A DNA stretch of 51,550 nucleotides from Trichomonas gallinae (lineage: Eukaryota), in the NCBI GenBank assembly GCA_008369845.1, contig MRSU01010481.1, forward strand, positions 1-51,550, in the 5' to 3' direction. Shown piece after piece: positions 48,110 to 51,550 of this stretch. The position numbers and the translations under genes were made by a program. Positions within the stretch are counted from its first letter, which is position 1. Each line of letters starts with the position of its first letter. The notes below the pieces were generated by a model. The model had not been told where the DNA came from, made no database searches, and saw nothing but the letters and a program-made list of their open reading frames with translations.

Positions 48110-51091
48110 TTATTTTCTTCCTCCTTTCTTTCTTGCTGGCTTTGAAGCAGCTTGTTTAGCAGTTGCAGAAAGGTCTGCGGACTGCTGCATATTGATCAAG
48201 CATTTTAATTTCACAGGAACTTTTCTTGAAAATTCTCCGCACTTTAAATTCAAGTTTGTCTCGCCAACAACCCACTGGCCGACTTGTAAAAGTGTGTTTG
48301 ATGGAGGAGAATACTCAAATGTTACAACTGTAGAAGACCCAAGCTCAACATTCGCGCGCTGAGAGCTGACTGTGAAACCAGGAGCACTGATGTTATCGAA
48401 GCTGTAATCAGCGTTAGACTTCTTCGGCTCATCGCCAAGTAGAGCCGCTCCTATTACAATAGAGCATGTTGACTTCTCGCCTGGATAAGCCATCTCGCAT
48501 ATAATCGACTGCCTGAAGACTGGTTCGTCGAGAGAAGAATGATCGAACATTGTCCTGATTCGCGGCTCTTCAATTCCGCCGGAAACAAACATCTGGAAAG
48601 GCCAGCTGCATGCTTTGATTGGCACTTCACGCTTCTGTCCGTCTTCGCCAGCCGAGACAACAAAAATCGCTTCGAAGTCTTGTCTGTCTGTATCTGGCGA
48701 GAAAACCACAGAAGCTTCGCCAGTTTGTCCTGGAGCCAGCCACTCGCTGCTCGAAACTATCGAAAACGCTGGTGTTCCGCTGCTGTTCAAGAACCTCGCG
48801 CCTTCTCTCGGTAGTATCTTGTAGAAGAACTGCAGCTCGAAGCTGCCGTCGTTGATGACAGAAAGCGTTTTCGTCACTGGATGTCCGATCATTACGTGAC
48901 CGAAGTCCAATGATGTCTGGCTCATGTTTATCGAAGGTGCAGCACCTCTTCCGACTGTGTTCAAGGTGATTTTCAAGTTCGGCCTTGTCGGGCAGATGAT
49001 TGTTGCCTTTGCCCTGAATATGTGGGCGGACGCTGGCGTGAACCTGACCCTAAGAGTTGTAGTCGACTGCGGCTGAATTTCTGTTGATGGCGACAAAACC
49101 TCAAAACTGCCGCTTTCACATGAATAGTTCACTGGCATTGCGTGCCTCGACATGGAGCGAATTTCCACCATCGCATCCATGCTCTGTCCCAGTGCAACTG
49201 TTCCGAAATCGACTCTTCTTAGAGATAAGTCGATGAACTCTTCACTCCTCTTTTCCGCTTTGTTTATCGTCACCGCTGTGACGAATAATGTTGGCAGGAC
49301 GGAGGAGCCTTTGATCTGTATGTGGTGCCTTCCAGATGAACTCTTCGTTCGCCAAAACAAAGCAATGTTCGGGTTGAATATTTTGTAGGTAAAATCGGGT
49401 GAAATCAACATTGATTCATTTCCTTCATTTTCGAGTGCTGTTGATTCCTCGACCTTCTTGGTCTTCCTGTGCTTGGACGAAGAAGAGTGTTTGCCTTCCC
49501 TCTTCGATGTGTGTGTCTTCGTTGAGGCAGTGAGATTAACTTCTGGTTGTTCTGACGGTTTAAGCGGGAGAGGAGGATCAAATAAGACTGATATCGGTAT
49601 AGACCCACCAGCAGGAATTGTTCCAACAACTGGATCGAAAACAAAACCTTCAGCTGGCTCCATTTGAAAATCTAATGATTGGTTTTTAGTGTTTTTAACG
49701 ACAATACTTTGTGTGGATGTTTCACCGACTGGTGTTGTTTCGAATTGAAGGAAAGCTGAGCTTAAAATCACAGGGCTTTCAATGACATTTGCGGTGCATT
49801 TGATAATAAACTTAGATCCTTGAAGAGTGATGATAGTTAGATCGAAATTGTGCTGTTTAGCCATTTTGGACTGGAAAGTAACATTGCATTCGATTGTTTC
49901 TTCGGGAAGAATTACTCCGAATCCTTCAAATGGCGAAATGGTGATTCCAGCTGGATTTTTGACGAAACCAAAGTCAACAGGAACACGAAGAGTGCTTGTT
50001 ATGCTTAATGTACATGTTTTAGATTCAGTTGTATAAAAAGTGCCGAAATCTAATGATGATGGCTCAACAATAAGCTTTGTTGGTGATGATGTGAATGTAA
50101 TATCGAATTTAACAGGCAATGGCTGGTTAATAATATGCATAATAATTGGAACTGTGACTTCTTGATCGTCACCATAGTATTGTGCGAGTTTAGACGATGT
50201 TCTAAGCTTGGCAACTATCTGTAGAGGTGATTCTATTTGAACAAAACCAGTTTGCGGAGTGAATTCGATAAAATTTGAAAGTGATGAAGGAACTTCGATA
50301 CTAAAACGTTGTGCATACTCACTTCTGTTCTTAGCAACAATGCTTTGTCTGTATAATTCATTATAAAAGCACACACCAAAATTAATGTGACTATTTTCTA
50401 AGTAAATAGGAACATCTAAACCAACGGCAACCAAATTTATTGACTTGGTGAACGTATCAAAAGAGCTATTTGGAGAATAGAACTTGAATCTAAGTTCATA
50501 TAACACTTCGCATGGTTTTTCTGGTTTAAAGTTAACCATAATAGAGTTTTGACTATATCCATTAACAAGACCATGTCTAAGCGTGAAATTTAAGATTTGA
50601 TCAGCGTGATCAACTGATAAAACTTGTTTATCAGTGGATGATTGTCTAATTGATACGCTCCACTCAGCTTGTAGAGCTCCTGTATTTCGAATAACTATTG
50701 GAAGATCTTTATCTTCACCTAAAACAACTTTTCCAAAATCTAATGCGTCGAATGGCTCAATTTGTATATCAACCGTTTTCGGCATACACTCTATATCAAC
50801 ATCAAATGGGCCATTTGGAGAATTAAAATGCATTTGACATTTTATAACTGAATTATACGAAGGTGTGAATTTCAGCTTAATTTTCGAAGAATTTCCTGGC
50901 GCTATCTGTCCAGGAGGCGTAAAATCGCAATTAAATAGTGCTTTGTATTCATCATCGAATCCAACGTATTTGAAAGTGCATTTTGCGAATGAAACGTTCA
51001 ATATATTGAATGTGGCCTCCATTTCTTCGCCAACCGTGAAATCTCTGAAAACGATTACCTTTGGATCAGAGATAAAAGGCCGCTTATTCAT
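48110..51091 (-). CDS. CFAP74: CFAP74-like flagellar protein with tandem ASH/Ig-like domains
   Basis: PFISDPKVIVFRDFTVG..NVSF..FTPPGQIAPG..FTP..GPFDVDIEC matches the first CFAP74 Ig domain. LDFG motifs recur throughout. Confidence 0.75.
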   Translation of the reverse strand: MNKRPFISDPKVIVFRDFTVGEEMEATFNILNVSFAKCTFKYVGFDDEYKALFNCDFTPPGQIAPGNSSKIKLKFTPSYNSVIKCQMHFNSPNGPFDVDIECMPKTVDIQIEPFDALDFGKVVLGEDKDLPIVIRNTGALQAEWSVSIRQSSTDKQVLSVDHADQILNFTLRHGLVNGYSQNSIMVNFKPEKPCEVLYELRFKFYSPNSSFDTFTKSINLVAVGLDVPIYLENSHINFGVCFYNELYRQSIVAKNRSEYAQRFSIEVPSSLSNFIEFTPQTGFVQIESPLQIVAKLRTSSKLAQYYGDDQEVTVPIIMHIINQPLPVKFDITFTSSPTKLIVEPSSLDFGTFYTTESKTCTLSITSTLRVPVDFGFVKNPAGITISPFEGFGVILPEETIECNVTFQSKMAKQHNFDLTIITLQGSKFIIKCTANVIESPVILSSAFLQFETTPVGETSTQSIVVKNTKNQSLDFQMEPAEGFVFDPVVGTIPAGGSIPISVLFDPPLPLKPSEQPEVNLTASTKTHTSKREGKHSSSSKHRKTKKVEESTALENEGNESMLISPDFTYKIFNPNIALFWRTKSSSGRHHIQIKGSSVLPTLFVTAVTINKAEKRSEEFIDLSLRRVDFGTVALGQSMDAMVEIRSMSRHAMPVNYSCESGSFEVLSPSTEIQPQSTTTLRVRFTPASAHIFRAKATIICPTRPNLKITLNTVGRGAAPSINMSQTSLDFGHVMIGHPVTKTLSVINDGSFELQFFYKILPREGARFLNSSGTPAFSIVSSSEWLAPGQTGEASVVFSPDTDRQDFEAIFVVSAGEDGQKREVPIKACSWPFQMFVSGGIEEPRIRTMFDHSSLDEPVFRQSIICEMAYPGEKSTCSIVIGAALLGDEPKKSNADYSFDNISAPGFTVSSQRANVELGSSTVVTFEYSPPSNTLLQVGQWVVGETNLNLKCGEFSRKVPVKLKCLINMQQSADLSATAKQAASKPARKKGGRK

Positions 51092-51146
51092 TTATTTCCG
51101 TTTTTTATATTATAGTGTCAGACCCTCATTTTGAAAAGTGACGAAC

Positions 51147-51295
51147 TTTACATGTCATAATTTTGATGTGTAAATATTTTATTCCATTTTAAAATTTACG
51201 TGACAAAATATTATATTTACATGACAATAAAAATAATTTACATGACAAAATTATGTAATTTATATGATAAATGATTTATTTACATGACAAATTTA
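51147..51295. repeat. Phased TTTACATGACAA array, period about 21 nt, upstream of the CFAP74-like gene
   Basis: Cores at 51198, 51219, 51240, 51262 and 51282, plus 51150. Confidence 0.85.
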
Positions 51296-51550
51296 TTACA
51301 AATAAACTGACAAAATAATCTATCTATCATGATATTCAAATTTTTTTTTTTGAAAATATCTTCTCTATTTATCACGACAGCACATGTGTTCAACATTACC
51401 TATGAGATTACATAGCTACAAAGCATACTCCTCTTTAGATTGTTTCCTATTTCTCAACACATTCAATTTCAACAGTGGAACAATAACCAGGGATAAAAAG
51501 TGAGACCAGGGATATTCTCAATTTTTAGGCAGGGGGTGCTTCCAAGTTTT

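Noticed and set aside
51083..51123. 41-nt GT..AG segment that would join the uORF ATG to the CFAP74 frame
   Set aside because: It lacks the CTAAC branch point/acceptor motif required in trichomonad introns.

Overview
AT-rich, gene-dense, almost intron-free eukaryotic DNA. It is most consistent with a parabasalid (Trichomonas vaginalis-like): TCACTTTT initiator elements lie just upstream of ATGs, there is a 25-nt GT..TCTAACAAACAG intron, and there is a DUF3447-type ankyrin gene. About 27 protein-coding genes are present, many in membrane traffic or autophagy (Sec7-PH, BEACH-WD40-FYVE-like, ATG3, FHIP-like, DPF-repeat adaptor, TBC GAP, COMMD3), plus a PP1-type phosphatase, TAF9-like, glomulin-like, CFAP74-like, thioredoxin-fold membrane proteins and several gene remnants. 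I saw no tRNA, rRNA, CRISPR array or intact transposon. Main points: (1) an otherwise intact ankyrin gene is split by a 17-nt insert without GT-AG ends, and precise removal of the insert restores a perfect ankyrin repeat; (2) a PLAC8 gene missing from the ORF track carries a 25-nt spliceosomal intron; (3) many promoters are built from locally amplified, phased (about 21, 29 or 39 nt) tandem arrays of TGAC/TGTCA or CAGGGG motifs; (4) several genes look like pseudoenzymes or shrunken domains. All family assignments come from recognising motifs by eye, not from database searches.
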